64,000 bases of DNA from Squalus acanthias (taxonomy: Eukaryota): the NCBI GenBank assembly GCA_030390025.1, contig CM059432.1, forward strand, positions 186,001 through 250,000, written 5' to 3'. Positions 21,429 to 33,368 of this stretch are shown here, in pieces. The notes beneath the pieces are model-generated. The model had not been told where the DNA came from. It searched no databases and worked only from the letters and a program-made list of their open reading frames with translations. A program made the translations under genes and the position numbers. Each line of letters opens with the position of its first letter. Positions within the stretch are counted from its first letter, which is position 1.

Positions 21429-23721
21429 CATGCAGTAGGGATCAGAACTGATCCAGGCTTAGCCCGTTTAGAATATTACCATCAGTCTTAACGCTTACAC
21501 CAATGATTCAAAATGTCTCTGCATGTAGGCTCCTGGGACAGGAAGTGTTGGCTCTCTAATTCTATACCTTGATCCCAGGAGGTTTTTTAATCACAGGGTG
21601 GTGGGGGGAGATGGTGGAAAGCTTGCAGTCCTGGGTGTTGGGTATTTACAGGATAGTCATTTATCCAGACTTCCAAAACAAACTCGAGGAACAGGAAATA
21701 CTGAGATATCTGATTAATATTGTTATTCGTCAAGTCAATGATATACATCCCATTACATGTAGTGCCCATGAGACTGGTACTGAACGTAACTCATGTGCAA
21801 CGGACTCATCAGGAATGCCATAAGCATGTCCTCTTGACACATGCTAGATTTAGCAAGACTAGGTCGAAGTATCTAAGGAGCGTGTTGTATCTTTTATAGA
21901 GTTAATCACATTGTCCTAGCGCGATGCTATTACACGCTCTGCATATGTCTAGTTAATACTGGAGTACGTTAGCCTCCAACATCAGTGCATTGAGCCAGGT
22001 CCAGTATGTAATACCCTTCAGTGCGTCTGCGCAATATTCTCGATCTCTTGTTTGTTGCTCACTTTGCTTGGGAACGCATGGCGTGGCCTTCACTCCCTTT
22101 GGGACATCTCCATTCAGTCTTTGTATTTCATACTGTCTCCTGACCGTTGGACCTTATTCCTCGTACATTCCTTGTCTATTCCCCACAAACTGTTAGTGAG
22201 TAATGTCTGTTACCAGGCTCTGAACTCGTCCTGTCTGTGACCTCCGAAAACTACTTGGCCCAACCAGTCCGTGCCGGCGTTTATGCTCCACTCGAGCCTC
22301 CTCCCGTCTTTCCTCATCTAACTATCAGCGTAACCCTCGATTCCCTTCTCCCTCATATGCTTGTCCAGCCTCCCCTTAAATGCATCCATACTATTCGCTT
22401 CAACCACTCCCTGTGGGAGCGAGTTCCACATTCTCACCATTTTCTGGGCAAAGAAGTTTCTCCTGAATTCCCCAATGGATTTCTTGGTCAACGTTACAGG
22501 TTGCTTTGTGCAAAGCCCAATACTGATCTAGGGTCAGACACGGTCACTCGTTCTGAAAGGCATCCCTCTCCTGACCAATCAGTTCCTTGAACCAACTGCA
22601 ACATTAGTTGAATGCAGCTAATGTTCATTGGCTGTCGTTCATTGGCTGCCATTCATTGGCTGTTGCTCATTGGCTGTCGTTCATTGTTTGCCGCTGATTG
22701 GTTGCTGCTGATTGGTTGCTGCTGATTGTAAAAGTTGCTGGAATTGCTTTGTGGAGCAGGAGGATTGGTTCAGTGCGAGCTACTCTTCTGATTGGCCAGT
22801 TGACACTGAGTTGCCCCAGACGTCAGCAATCAATCTAAAATGAATCGAACAAATGTGCCCCCTTTTTGAAAGAGACACAAAATTATAAACACCCAAATTA
22901 TCAATAAAACTAAGGAAACTCAGCAAATTAAACAAGAATATGGGGGGGGGGGGAAATTTTAACCCCTAAAAATTTGGGCTGGGTTGGGGTTGGGTGGGAG
23001 GTTAAAGTGTTAAAAAAACTGAATCTCGACCTCAACCCGCCTCCAATCCGCCCACTTCCGGTTTTAATGGATTCGGGGCGGACAACCAACCCGCTCCCAG
23101 GAGACGGGTCGCCAATTTAAATATTATAATGAGGCTGGCGTGCCGCAGATTTAACCACCATTTCAAATTTAACTCTGGCTGGTGGGATTTCTCAGGCCTC
23201 GGGGAATCCGTCGGCTAAAGTAAGGCGAGGACTGCTGGATCCAGGAGTTAAATGTCTCTACACTTACCTCCTGTATCCAGCGTCGCTGCCTCACCCACAC
23301 ACCGCAATCGGACACCCCCACAAGGCCTGATCACCCCCCACGAGGCCTGATCACCCCCCACGAGGCCTCCAATTCTCCCCACGAGGCCTCCGATTCCCCC
23401 CTGCCCGCGAGGCCTCCGATTCCTCCCCGCCCACGAGGCCTCTGATTCTCCCCACGAGGCCTCCGATTCCCCCCCGCCCACGAGGCCTCTGATCGCCTTC
23501 CCAGACATCAGCAAATTGGGCCGGGCCTGTGGGGAACCCGTTCTCCTGGGTTTCCCCACCACTACCTCGACCCCCTCCTCCCCCGCCCCAGTCTCTCGGT
23601 GCCCACCAGTGGCTGAAGGCCTCAAGTGTGTTCCGTGCGATCTAACGTGTACCAAACTTCCACAGCTTCCCCTTCAATCTTTACATTGGTACCCGTCTGA
23701 CCAGTGAGATTTACTCTACCT

Positions 23722-23961
23722 GTCGCGCTCTCTCTCTTGCTCTCTCTCTCTCGCTCTCTCTCTCGCTCTCACGCTCTCTCTCTCTCTCGCTCTCGCTCTC
23801 ACGCTCTCTCTCTCTCTCTCTCTCTCGCTCTCGCTCTCACACACTCTCTCTCTCTCTCTCTCTCTCGCGCTCTCTCTCTCTCTCGCTCTCTCTCTCGCTC
23901 TCTCTGTCTCTCTCTCTGTCTCTCTCTGTCTCTCTCTCGCTCTCTCTCTCTCTCTCCCAAA

Positions 23962-24008
<47 letters not shown>

Positions 24009-24470
24009 GCTCTCTCTGTCTCTCTCTCTGTCTCTCTCTCTCTCTCGCTCTCTCTCTCGCTCTCTCTCTCTCTCTCTGTCTCTCTCTCACACTCTCTCTC
24101 GCTCTCTCTCTCTCTCTCGCTCTCTCTCGCTCTCTCTCGCGCTCTCTCTCGCGCTCTCTCTCTCTCACACTCTCCCTCTCTCTCTCTCTCTCTCGCTCTC
24201 TCTCGTTCTCTCTCATGCTCTCTCGTGCTCTCTCTCTCACACTATCTCTCTCTCTCTCTCTCACGCTCTCTCTCACGCTCTCTCTCTCTCTCTCTGTCTC
24301 TCTCTCGCTCTCTCTCTCGCTCTCGCTCTCTCGCTCTCACACTCTCTCTCTGTCTCTATCTCTCTCTCTCTCACTCTCTCGCGCTCTCTCTCACACTCTC
24401 TCTCTCTCTCTCGCTCTCTCTCTCTCTCACACTCTCTCTCTCTCACTCTCTATCTCTCTCTCTCTCTCTG

Positions 24471-24540
<70 letters not shown>

Positions 24541-24552
24541 TCTCTCTCTCAC

Positions 24553-24592
<40 letters not shown>

Positions 24593-24619
24593 TCTCTCTC
24601 TCTCTTTCTCTCTCGCTCT
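23722..24619. repeat. (CT)n-rich microsatellite
   Basis: Direct inspection. Confidence 0.97.
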
Positions 24620-25952
24620 TGTAAGTTTCGCAAAATTCCCCAGAAACTCGTATAGAACCCTAATAAGGGTGATTTTTTGATTTTTCATACGAATTTGGGA
24701 TGATGGGACCTAAATGAAGTGATTTGAGGCAAAAACCTCAGTTTTGGACATTTTTAAAGATCAGGGAAGAAAACCCCTTAGGAAAATGACTTTTTGATAT
24801 AACTATTGGAAAAAACACCTTTCACAGACACAAGACAGGCTGCGGAGGGGTGTGGCGAGGCAGTGGACAGCTTTTGGCTTTGGGGCCCAGTCAAGCTGTC
24901 TGGAAATTGTTTGCATTGCAATCCAAGCAGGAGGAAGAGCCTCACCCAAAACCTCACAAACAAATCCCCAGTCAAGAAACCCAAAACACGACGACAATGC
25001 AAACTCCGATTAAACAACAGATCGACAGGATGGAGCTAAACAAAACCAGTCAACACGTTAGTAAAGTTTTTACTGTTAACGAGGTCTTACAATGACCGGG
25101 ATTTGATTTGGGGTAGATAAGGCCACTTCAATTTAGTATAATTGAAGGCCCATCAAGCAGTTACAGCAGTTGAAGTTCTCCAGTAAAGAGTTCAAGTTCA
25201 ACAGAATTGAAAGCCTGTGTTGAACAGAGTTCAGGACAAGCAGGCAGAAGGCAGTTTCCACAGTTCTGCAAGAAGGCAGTTCCACAGCTCGGAAGAAGGC
25301 AGTTGAAACAGAAGTGAGAAGTCGCACAACACCAGGTTATAGTCCAACAGTTTTATTTGAAATCACAAGCTTTCGGAGCGCTGCTCCTTCGTCAGGTGAA
25401 GTGAAGGAATACGAATCGGCAAAGCATATAGAGACAGAGAACAGAATTTAAACAGAGGCAGAGTTACAGCAAGAAGTTCAACAAAGAAGGCCAACAGCTT
25501 CACAAGCAGACCGACACGCAAGAAGAAACCAGAGCGACTGCCTCAGTGACCATCGGACACCTCGCGGCAACAAGGGCCTCACCAAACCTTTTACTCAAAA
25601 GACTCTAAACCCTAACTCTCAACTGTCAAGGATTCGTTTGGTGAGCATTATCCCTGGTTCTCCAGAGTCCAACCTAGCTAGTGAAGTGGGATTGGGAGGG
25701 GTGAAGTATTCTTCGAAGGTTATTTCCCTCGTTTGTACCGAAGTGTTCCCCACCTTTAGAGTGTTAAGAGTGTTTGTGTTGTGTTTTACTTCCTTGAATA
25801 AAAGTCAAAGTTCTTACATCAAAACCTGTTGTCTACTGCACCTTTGTTCACAACCCCCAAATAAGTCCAAGGTCTAGAACCAGGGGCGTGGGAGCGATTC
25901 GAACCGCTCACTGAGTCAGAGGTGAGGCTGACCCCCCACACCACCCCCTACA
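24620..25952 (+). mobile_element. Solo LTR related to the 8773-11336 LTR, inserted in the CT microsatellite
   Basis: TGTAAGTTTCGCAAAATT...CCCCTACA; CTCT on both sides; TATAAT ~25137, AATAAA 25797; shared AGTCCA..GTC.AGAACC plus TCGAA hairpin in U5. Confidence 0.75.
25317..25400 (-). mobile_element. Penelope-like terminal fragment with a hammerhead-type core
   Basis: Minus strand CTGACGA-A-GGAGC-AGC-GCTCC-GAAA followed by AATAAA; same sequence at 37895-37975. Confidence 0.6.
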
Positions 25953-27185
25953 CTCTCTCTCTCTCTCTCTCTCACTCACACTCTCTCTCTCTCTCTCGCT
26001 CTCTCACTCACTCTCTCTCGCTCACACTCTCTCTCTCTCTCGCTCTCTCACTCTCGCTCTCTCGCTCACACTCTCTCTCTCTCGCTCTCTCTCTCATACT
26101 CTCTCTCTCTCTCACTCACACTCTCTCTCTCTCACTCACACTCTCTCTCTCTCACTCACATTCTCTCTCTCTCTCACTCACACTCTCTCTCTCTCTCACT
26201 CACACTCTCTCTCTCACTCACACTCTCTCTCTCTCTCTCACTCACACTCTCGGTCTCTCACTCACACTCTCTCTCTCTCACTCACACTCTCTCTCTCTCT
26301 CACTCACACTCTCTCTCTCTCACTCACACTCTCTCTCTCTCTCACTCACACTCTCTCTCTCTCTCTCTCTCACACTCTCTCTCTCTCACACTCTCTCTCT
26401 CACTCACACTCTCTCTCTCTCACACTCTCTCTCACTCACACTCTCTCTCTCACTCACACTCTCTCTCTCACTCACACTCTCTCTCTCTCACTCACACTAT
26501 CTCTCTCTCTCACTCACACTCTCTCTCTCTCACTCACACTCTCTCTCTCTCTCACACTCTCTCTCACTCACACTCTCTCTCTCACACTCTCTCTCTCATT
26601 CTGTCTCTTTCTCACTCTCTCGCACATTCTCTCTCTCTCACTCTCTCTCTCTCTCACTCTCTCACTCTCTCTCTCTCACTCTGTCTCACATTCTCTCTCT
26701 CTCACTCTCCCTTTCACACTCTTGCTCTCTCTCTTACACTCTCTCTCTCACACTCTAACTCTCTCTCACTCTCTCAGTCTCTCTCTCTCTCTCACACACT
26801 CAATCTCTCTCACACACTCTCTCTCTCACACTCTTGCTCTCTTTTGCTCTCTCTCACACTCTCTCTGTATCTCTCTCTCACACACTCTCTCTCACACACT
26901 CTCTCACACACTCTCTCACACTCTCACACATTCTCTCTCTCTCTCTCACACTCTCTCTCACTCTCTCTCACACTCTCTCTCTCTCACACTCTCCCTTTCA
27001 CACTCTTGCTCTCTCTATTACACTCTCTCTCTCACACACTCTCTCTTTCACACTCTCTCACTCTCTTTCTCACACTCTTTCTCACACTCTTTCTCACACT
27101 CTCTCACACGCTCTCTCTCACACGCTCTCTCTCTCACACTCTCTCTCTCACACTCTCTCTTCCACACTCTCTGTCACACTCTTTC
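25953..27185. repeat. (CT)/(CA) compound microsatellite
   Basis: Direct inspection. Confidence 0.97.
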
Positions 27186-27186
27186 A

Positions 27187-28422
27187 GCAGTACTGAGGGA
27201 GTGCCGCACTGTCGGAGGGGCAGTACTGAGGGAGCGCCGCACTGTCGGAGGGGCAGTACTGAGGGAGGGCCGCACTGTCGGAGGGGCAGTACTGAGGGAG
27301 AGCCGCACTGTCGGAGGGGCAGTACTGAGGGAGCGTCGCACTGTCGGAGGGGCAGTACTGAGGGAGCGCCGCACTGTCGGAGGGGCAGTACTGAGGCAGA
27401 GCCGCACTGTCGGAGGGGCTGTACTGAGGGAGCGCTGCACTGTCGGAGGGGCAGTAATGAGGGAGTGCTGCACTGTCGGAGGGGCAGTACTGAGGGAGAG
27501 CCGCACTGTTGGAGGGGCAGTACTGAGGGAGCGCCGCACTGTCGGAGGGGCAGCACTGAGGGAGAGCCGCACTGTCGGAGGGGCAGTACTGAGGGAGCGC
27601 CGCACTGTCTAAGGGGAAGTACTGAGGGAGCACCGCTCTGTCGGAAGGGCATTACTGAGGGAAGGCCGCACTTTCGGAGGGGCAGTACTGAGGGAGCGCC
27701 GCACTGTCTAAGGGGCAGTACTGAGGGAGCGCCGCACTGTCGGAGGGGCAGTACTGAGGGAGCGCCGCACTGTCGGAGGGGCAGTACTGAGGGAGCGCCG
27801 CACTGTCTGAGGGGCAGTACTGAGGGAGAGCCGCACTGTCGGAGGGGCAGTACTGAGGGAGCGCCGCACTGTCGGAGGGGCAGTACTGAGGGAGCGCCGC
27901 ACTGTCTGAGGGGCAGTACCGAGGGAGCGCCGCACTTTCGGAGGGGCAGTACTGAGGGAGCGCCGCACTGTCGGAGGGGCAGTACTGAGGGAGCGCCGCA
28001 CTGTCAGAGGGGCAGTACTGAGGGAGAGCCGCACTGTCGGACGGGCAGTACTGAGTGAGAGCTGCACTGTCGGAGGGACAGTACTGAGGGAGCGCTGCAC
28101 TGTCTGAGGGGCAGTACCGAGGGAGAGCCACACTGTCGGAGGGGCAGTAATGAGGGAGCGCCGCACTGTCGGAGGGGCAGTACTCAGGGAGCACCGCACT
28201 GTCGGAGGGGCAGTACTGAGGGAGCACTGCACTGACAGAGTGGCAGTACTGAGGGAGACCTGCACTGACAGAGGGGCAGTACTGAGGGAGCGCTGCACTG
28301 TAGGAGGGGCAGTACTGAGGGAGCGCCGCAATGTAGGAGGGGCAGTACTGAGGGAGCGCCGCACTGTCAGAGGGGCAGTACTGAGGCAGTGCCGCACTGT
28401 TGGAGGGGCAGTACTGAGGCAG
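27187..28422 (+). repeat. 33-bp minisatellite (GCAGTACTGAGGGAGCGCCGCACTGTCGGAGGG)n
   Basis: Tandem units; 11-aa periodicity in the ORF track. Confidence 0.95.
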
Positions 28423-30150
28423 TCTTCTTCTTCTTAGCTGACCCTCGGAACTGAGGATGACTTGCTTCCACACTAAAAATAAGTTCTCAGGTGACTGATG
28501 AGTCCAATGCGGGACCTACAGTCTCTGTCACAGGTGGGGCAGACGGTGGTTGAAGGGGTGGGTGGGTGGGGTGCTTGGGTTGACGTGCGCTGTTTGCTCC
28601 CGGTGAAGAGACTCGAGGAGTTCATCACCTTCCCGGATGCTTCTCCTCCACTTTCTGCGGTCTTGGGCCAGGGATTCCCAGGTGTCGGTGGGGATGTTGC
28701 ACTTTTTCAAGGAGGCTTTGAGGGTATTCTTGAAGCATTTCCTCTGTCCACCTGGGGCTCTCTTGCCGTGTCGGAGCTCCGAGTAGAGCGCTTGTTTTGG
28801 GAATCTTGTATCGGGCATGCGGACGATGTGGCCCATCCATCGGAGCTGATCGAGCGTGGTCAAAGCTTCGATGCTGGGGATGTTGGCCTGAGCGAGAACA
28901 CTGACGTTGGTGCACCTATCCTGCCAATGGATTTGCAGGATCTTGCAGAGGCAGCGTTGGTGGTACCTCTCCAGTGCTTTGAGGTGCCAGCTGTACATGG
29001 TCCATGTCTCTGAGGCATACAGCAGGGTGGGTATCACTGCTGCTCTGTAGACCATGAGTTTAGTGCCGGGTTTGAGGTCCTGGTCTTCAAACACTCTCTT
29101 CCTCCGGGGACAAAGGCTGCACTGGCACACTGAAGGCGGTGTTGGACTTCGTCATCGACGTCTGCCCTTGTTGAGGGAGTGCAGCGAAGATTCAGCAGAC
29201 TGATACCTGGGATGGCAGGAATGACGTATGAAGAGAGATTGGGATGATTGGGCTTGTATTCGCTAGAGTTTCAAAGAATGAGAGGGGATCTCATTGAAAC
29301 TTATAAAATTCTAACAGGACTAGACAGACTAGATGCAGGAAGGATGTTCCCGATGGCGGTGACGTCCAGAAACAGGGGTCACAGTCTAAGGATAAGGGGT
29401 AAGCCATTTAGGACTGAGATGAGGAGGAATTTCTTCACCCAGAGAGTGGTGAACCTGTGAAATTCTCTACCACATAAGGCAGTTGAGGCCAATTCATTAA
29501 ATATATTCAAGAAGGAGTTAGATATATTTCTTAAGGCTAAAGGGATCAAGGGATATGGGGAGAAAGCAGGGACAGGGTACTGAATTTGGATGATCAGCCA
29601 TGATCTCATTAAATGACGGAGCAGGCTCGAGGGGCCGAATGGCCTACTCCTGCTCCTATCTTCTATGTTGACAGTAGGCTCCCGAGGTATGGAAAATGGT
29701 CCACGTTGTCCAAGGCCTCGTCATGGATTTTGATAATCGGGGGGCAGTACTGTGTAGCAGGGGCAGGTTGGTAGAGGACCTTTGTCTTACGGATGTTTAG
29801 TGTAAGGCCCAGGCTCTCGTACGCTTCGGTGAAGGTGTTGACAATGGTTTGGAGTTCGGCCTCAGAGTGTGCGCAGACGCAAGCGTCGTCTGCATACTGT
29901 AATTCGATGACAGAGGATGGGACGACCTTGGATCTGGACTGGAGGTGACGGAGGTTGAACAGTTTCCCGTTTGTTCTGTAGATTAGCTCCACTCCAGCGG
30001 GGAGCTTACTGAGGGTGGGATGGAGCATTGCAGCCAGGAAGATCGAGAAGAGCATTGGTGCGCTGACACAGCCTTGCTTGACCCCGGTACCTACGTGAAT
30101 TGTGTCTGTGGTAGATCCGTTGGTCAGGATCATGGCTTGCATGTCATCGC
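28423..30150 (-). mobile_element. RTE-clade LINE 3' fragment interrupted by a CR1
   Basis: GVKQGCV.AP.LFSIF, ELQYADD, KTKVLYQPAP, QLRW.GHIVRM; (GAA)n tail at 28424-28433. Confidence 0.85.
29175..29666 (+). mobile_element. CR1 3' fragment nested in the RTE element
   Basis: CR1 RT C-terminus and 3' UTR; TGTTGA repeated at both junctions. Confidence 0.85.
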
Positions 30151-30151
30151 G

Positions 30152-31512
30152 AGGGTTAGCCTAACATCAGTAGTAGAGAAAATGCTAGAGTCTGTTATAA
30201 AGGATGTGATAACAGGACACTTAGAAAATATCAACGGGATTAGACAAAGTCAACATGGATTTAGGAAAGGGAAATTGTGTTTGACAAACCTACTGGAGTT
30301 TTTTGAGGATGTAACTGGTAGAATAGATAAGGGAGAACCAGTTGATGTGTTGTATTTGGATTTTCAGAAGGTCTTTGATAAAGTCCCACATAAGAGGTTA
30401 GTGTTCAAAATTAAAGCACATGGGATTGGGGGTAATATACTGGCATGGATTGAAAATTGGTTAACAGACAGGAAACAGAGAGCAGGAATAAATGGGTCTT
30501 TTTCGGGGTGGCAGGCGGTGACTAGTGGGGTACCGCAGGGGTCAGTGCTTGGGCCCCAGCTATTCACAATATATATCAATGATTTGGATGAGGGAACCAA
30601 ATGTAATAGTTCCAAGTTTGCTGACGACATGAAACTAGGTGGGATTGTGAGTTGTGAGAAGGATGCAAAGAGTCTTCAAGGCGATTTAGACAAGTTGGGT
30701 GAGTGGTCAAATACATGGCAGATGCAGTATAATGTGGATAAATGTGAAGTTATCCACTTCGGTAGGAAAAACAGAAAGGCAGAGTATTATTTAAATGGTG
30801 ATAGATTGGGAAATGTTGATGTACAAAGGGACCTGGGTGTCCTTGTACACCAGTCACTGAAAGCAAACATGCAGGTGCAGCAAGCAGTTAGGAAGGCAAA
30901 TGGTATATTGGCCTTGATTGCAAGAGGATTTGAATACAGGAGCAAGGATGTCTTACTACAGTTGTACAGGGCATTGGTGAGACCACACCTGGAGTACTGT
31001 GTGTAGTTTTGGTCTCCTTACCTAAGAAAGGATATACTTGCCATAGAGGGAGTGCAGCGAAGGTTCACCAGACTGATTCCTGGGATGGCAGGACTGTCGT
31101 ATGAGGAGAGATTCGTTCGACTAGGCCTGTATTCACTAGAGTTTAGAAGAATGAGAGGGGATCTCATTGAAATGTATAAAATTCTGACAGGGCTAGACAG
31201 ACTGGATGCAGGGAGGATGTTTCCCCTGGCTGGGGGGTCTAGAACGAGGGGTCACAGTCTCAGGATACGGGGTAGGACATTTAGGACTGAGATGAGGAGA
31301 AATTTCTTCACTCAGAGGGTGGTGAACCTGTGGAATTCTCTACCACAGAAGGCTGTGGAGGCCAAGTTACTGAATATATTTAAGAAGGAGATAGATAGAT
31401 TTCTAGACGCAAAAGGCATCAAGGGGTATGGGGAGAGAGCGGGAATATGGTATTGAGATAGAGGATCAGCCATGATCATATTGAATGGCAGAGCAGGCTC
31501 AAACGGTCGAAT
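30152..31512 (+). mobile_element. CR1 RT region (degenerate)
   Basis: ORFs 30020..31006 and 31052..31456. Confidence 0.9.
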
Positions 31513-31569
31513 GTACAAAGGGACCTGGGTGTCCTTGTACACCAGTCACTGAAAGCAAACACAAATCCC

Positions 31570-32190
31570 GAGACTCGAGGCCCAGACCGAGCTATTGGGA
31601 GCAGCAGTGAGAGCGGACCGACCTGTGAGGGAACAGGCCAAGGAGGAGCGAGGAATTAAAGCCCGAGGCTCGAGGCCCAGACCGAGCTATTGGGAGCAGC
31701 AGCGAGAGCGGACCGACCTGTGAGGGAACAGGCGAAGGAGGAGCGAGGAAATAAAGCCTGAGGCTCGAGGCCCAGACCGAGCTATTGGGAGCAGCAGCGA
31801 GAGCGGACCGACCTGTGAGGGAACAGGCGAAGGAGGAGCGAGGAAATAAAGCCTGAGGCTCGAGGCCCAGACCGAGCTATTGGGAGCAGCAGCGAGAGCG
31901 GACCGACCTGTGAGGGAACAGGCGAAGGAGGAGCGAGGAAATAAAGCCTGAGGCTCGAGGCCCAGACCGAGCTATTGGGAGCAGCAGCGAGAGCGGACCG
32001 ACCTGTGAGGGAACAGGCCAAGGAGGAGCGAGGAAATAAAGCCTGAGGCTCGAGGCCCAGACCGAGCTATTGGGAGCAGCAGCGAGAGCGGACCGACCTG
32101 TGAGGGAACAGGCGAAGGAGGAGCGAGGAAATAAAGCCTGAGGCTCGAGGCCCAGACCGAGCTATTGGGAGCAGCAGCGAGAGTGGACCT
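31570..32190 (+). repeat. 95-bp tandem monomers (~6.5 copies) in the CR1 5' UTR
   Basis: Unit starts at 31570, 31665, 31760, 31855, 31950, 32045, 32140. Confidence 0.92.
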
Positions 32191-32417
32191 CAACAGGCAA
32201 CATTCGAAAATGACGTCAGAGATTAAAAGTGACGTCAGCACAAGAGGAGGAGCTGATTGGTCAGTAGGACCTGGTGAGTATTTCTACAGCCCAGTGGTTA
32301 AAGTCAAAGTAAGGTCTCTAGTTTAGAGTAAGTAGTGTTTAAAGTGAAGTAAGGTCACTAATGTATTTAATATTCTTTAATTTAAAGGAAGTAAAGGGAG
32401 TAAATTAAGGGTAGGAC

Positions 32418-33368
32418 ATGGCAGGGCAGCTCGGCAGCGTGGAGTGCTCCTCCTGTGCTATGTGGGAAGTCAGGGACTCTTTCGGTGTCCAGGGTGAACA
32501 CTTGTGTAGGAAGTGTCTCCAGCTGCAGCTACTCAAAATCCGCGTTTCGGAGCTGGAGCTGCTGCTGGAGTCACTGTGGAGCATCCGTGAAGCTGAGATC
32601 TTCATGGATAGCACGTTTAACGAGGTGGTCACACCGCAGGTAAAGAGTGCACAGGCAGAAAGGGAATGGGTGACTGCCAGACAGAGTAAAAGAACTAGGA
32701 AGGTAGTGCAGGAGTCCCCTGGGTCCATCTCCCTCGCCAACAGTTTTTCCGTTTTGGATACTGCTGGGGGAGATGGTTTCTCAGGGGAATGCAGCAAGAG
32801 CCAAGTCCGTGGCACTACGAGTGGCTCAGCTGCACAGGAGGGGAGGAAAAAGAGTGGGAGAGCGATAGTGATAGGGGTTTCTATCGTAAGGGGAACAGAT
32901 AGATGTTTCTGTGGCCGCAGACGTTACTCCAGGATGGTATGTTGCCTCCCTGGTGCCAGGGTCAAGGATGTCACTGAGCGGCTGCAGGACATTCTGAAGG
33001 GGGAGGGTAAACAGCCAGAGGTCGTTGTCCATATCGGTACCAATGACATAGGTAGAAAGAGGGACAAGGTCCTGCAAGCAGAATATAGGGAGCTAGGAAA
33101 TAAATTAAAAAGCAGGACCTCAAAGGTAGTAATCTCAGGATTACTCCCAGTGCCACGTGCTAGCAAGAGCAGAAATAGGAGAATAGACCAGATGAATGCG
33201 TGGCTGGAGAGATGGTGTAGGAGGGACAGATTTAAATTCCTGAGGCATTGGGACCGATTCTGGGGAAGGTGGGACCTGTACAAGCTGGATGGGTTACACC
33301 ACGGCAGAAACGGGACCAACATCCTCGCAGGGGGGTTTGCTAGTGCTGTTGGGAAGGATTTAACCTAG
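32418..33368 (+). CDS. CR1 ORF1p: CxxC...CxxC zinc finger/leucine zipper plus SGNH/GDSL esterase-like domain
   Basis: CSSC...CRKC, heptad Leu run, IVIGVSIVRG (GDS->GVS), HIGTND, DGLH. Confidence 0.85.
   Translation: MAGQLGSVECSSCAMWEVRDSFGVQGEHLCRKCLQLQLLKIRVSELELLLESLWSIREAEIFMDSTFNEVVTPQVKSAQAEREWVTARQSKRTRKVVQESPGSISLANSFSVLDTAGGDGFSGECSKSQVRGTTSGSAAQEGRKKSGRAIVIGVSIVRGTDRCFCGRRRYSRMVCCLPGARVKDVTERLQDILKGEGKQPEVVVHIGTNDIGRKRDKVLQAEYRELGNKLKSRTSKVVISGLLPVPRASKSRNRRIDQMNAWLERWCRRDRFKFLRHWDRFWGRWDLYKLDGLHHGRNGTNILAGGFASAVGKDLT

Noticed and set aside
27187..28422. CRISPR-like regular 33-bp repeats (also the 95-bp and 18-bp arrays)
   Set aside because: Units are head-to-tail with no unique spacers, there are no cas genes, and the context is vertebrate.
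23704..28473. Long (SL)n, (RE)n and 11-aa-repeat ORFs
   Set aside because: Translations of micro- and minisatellites.
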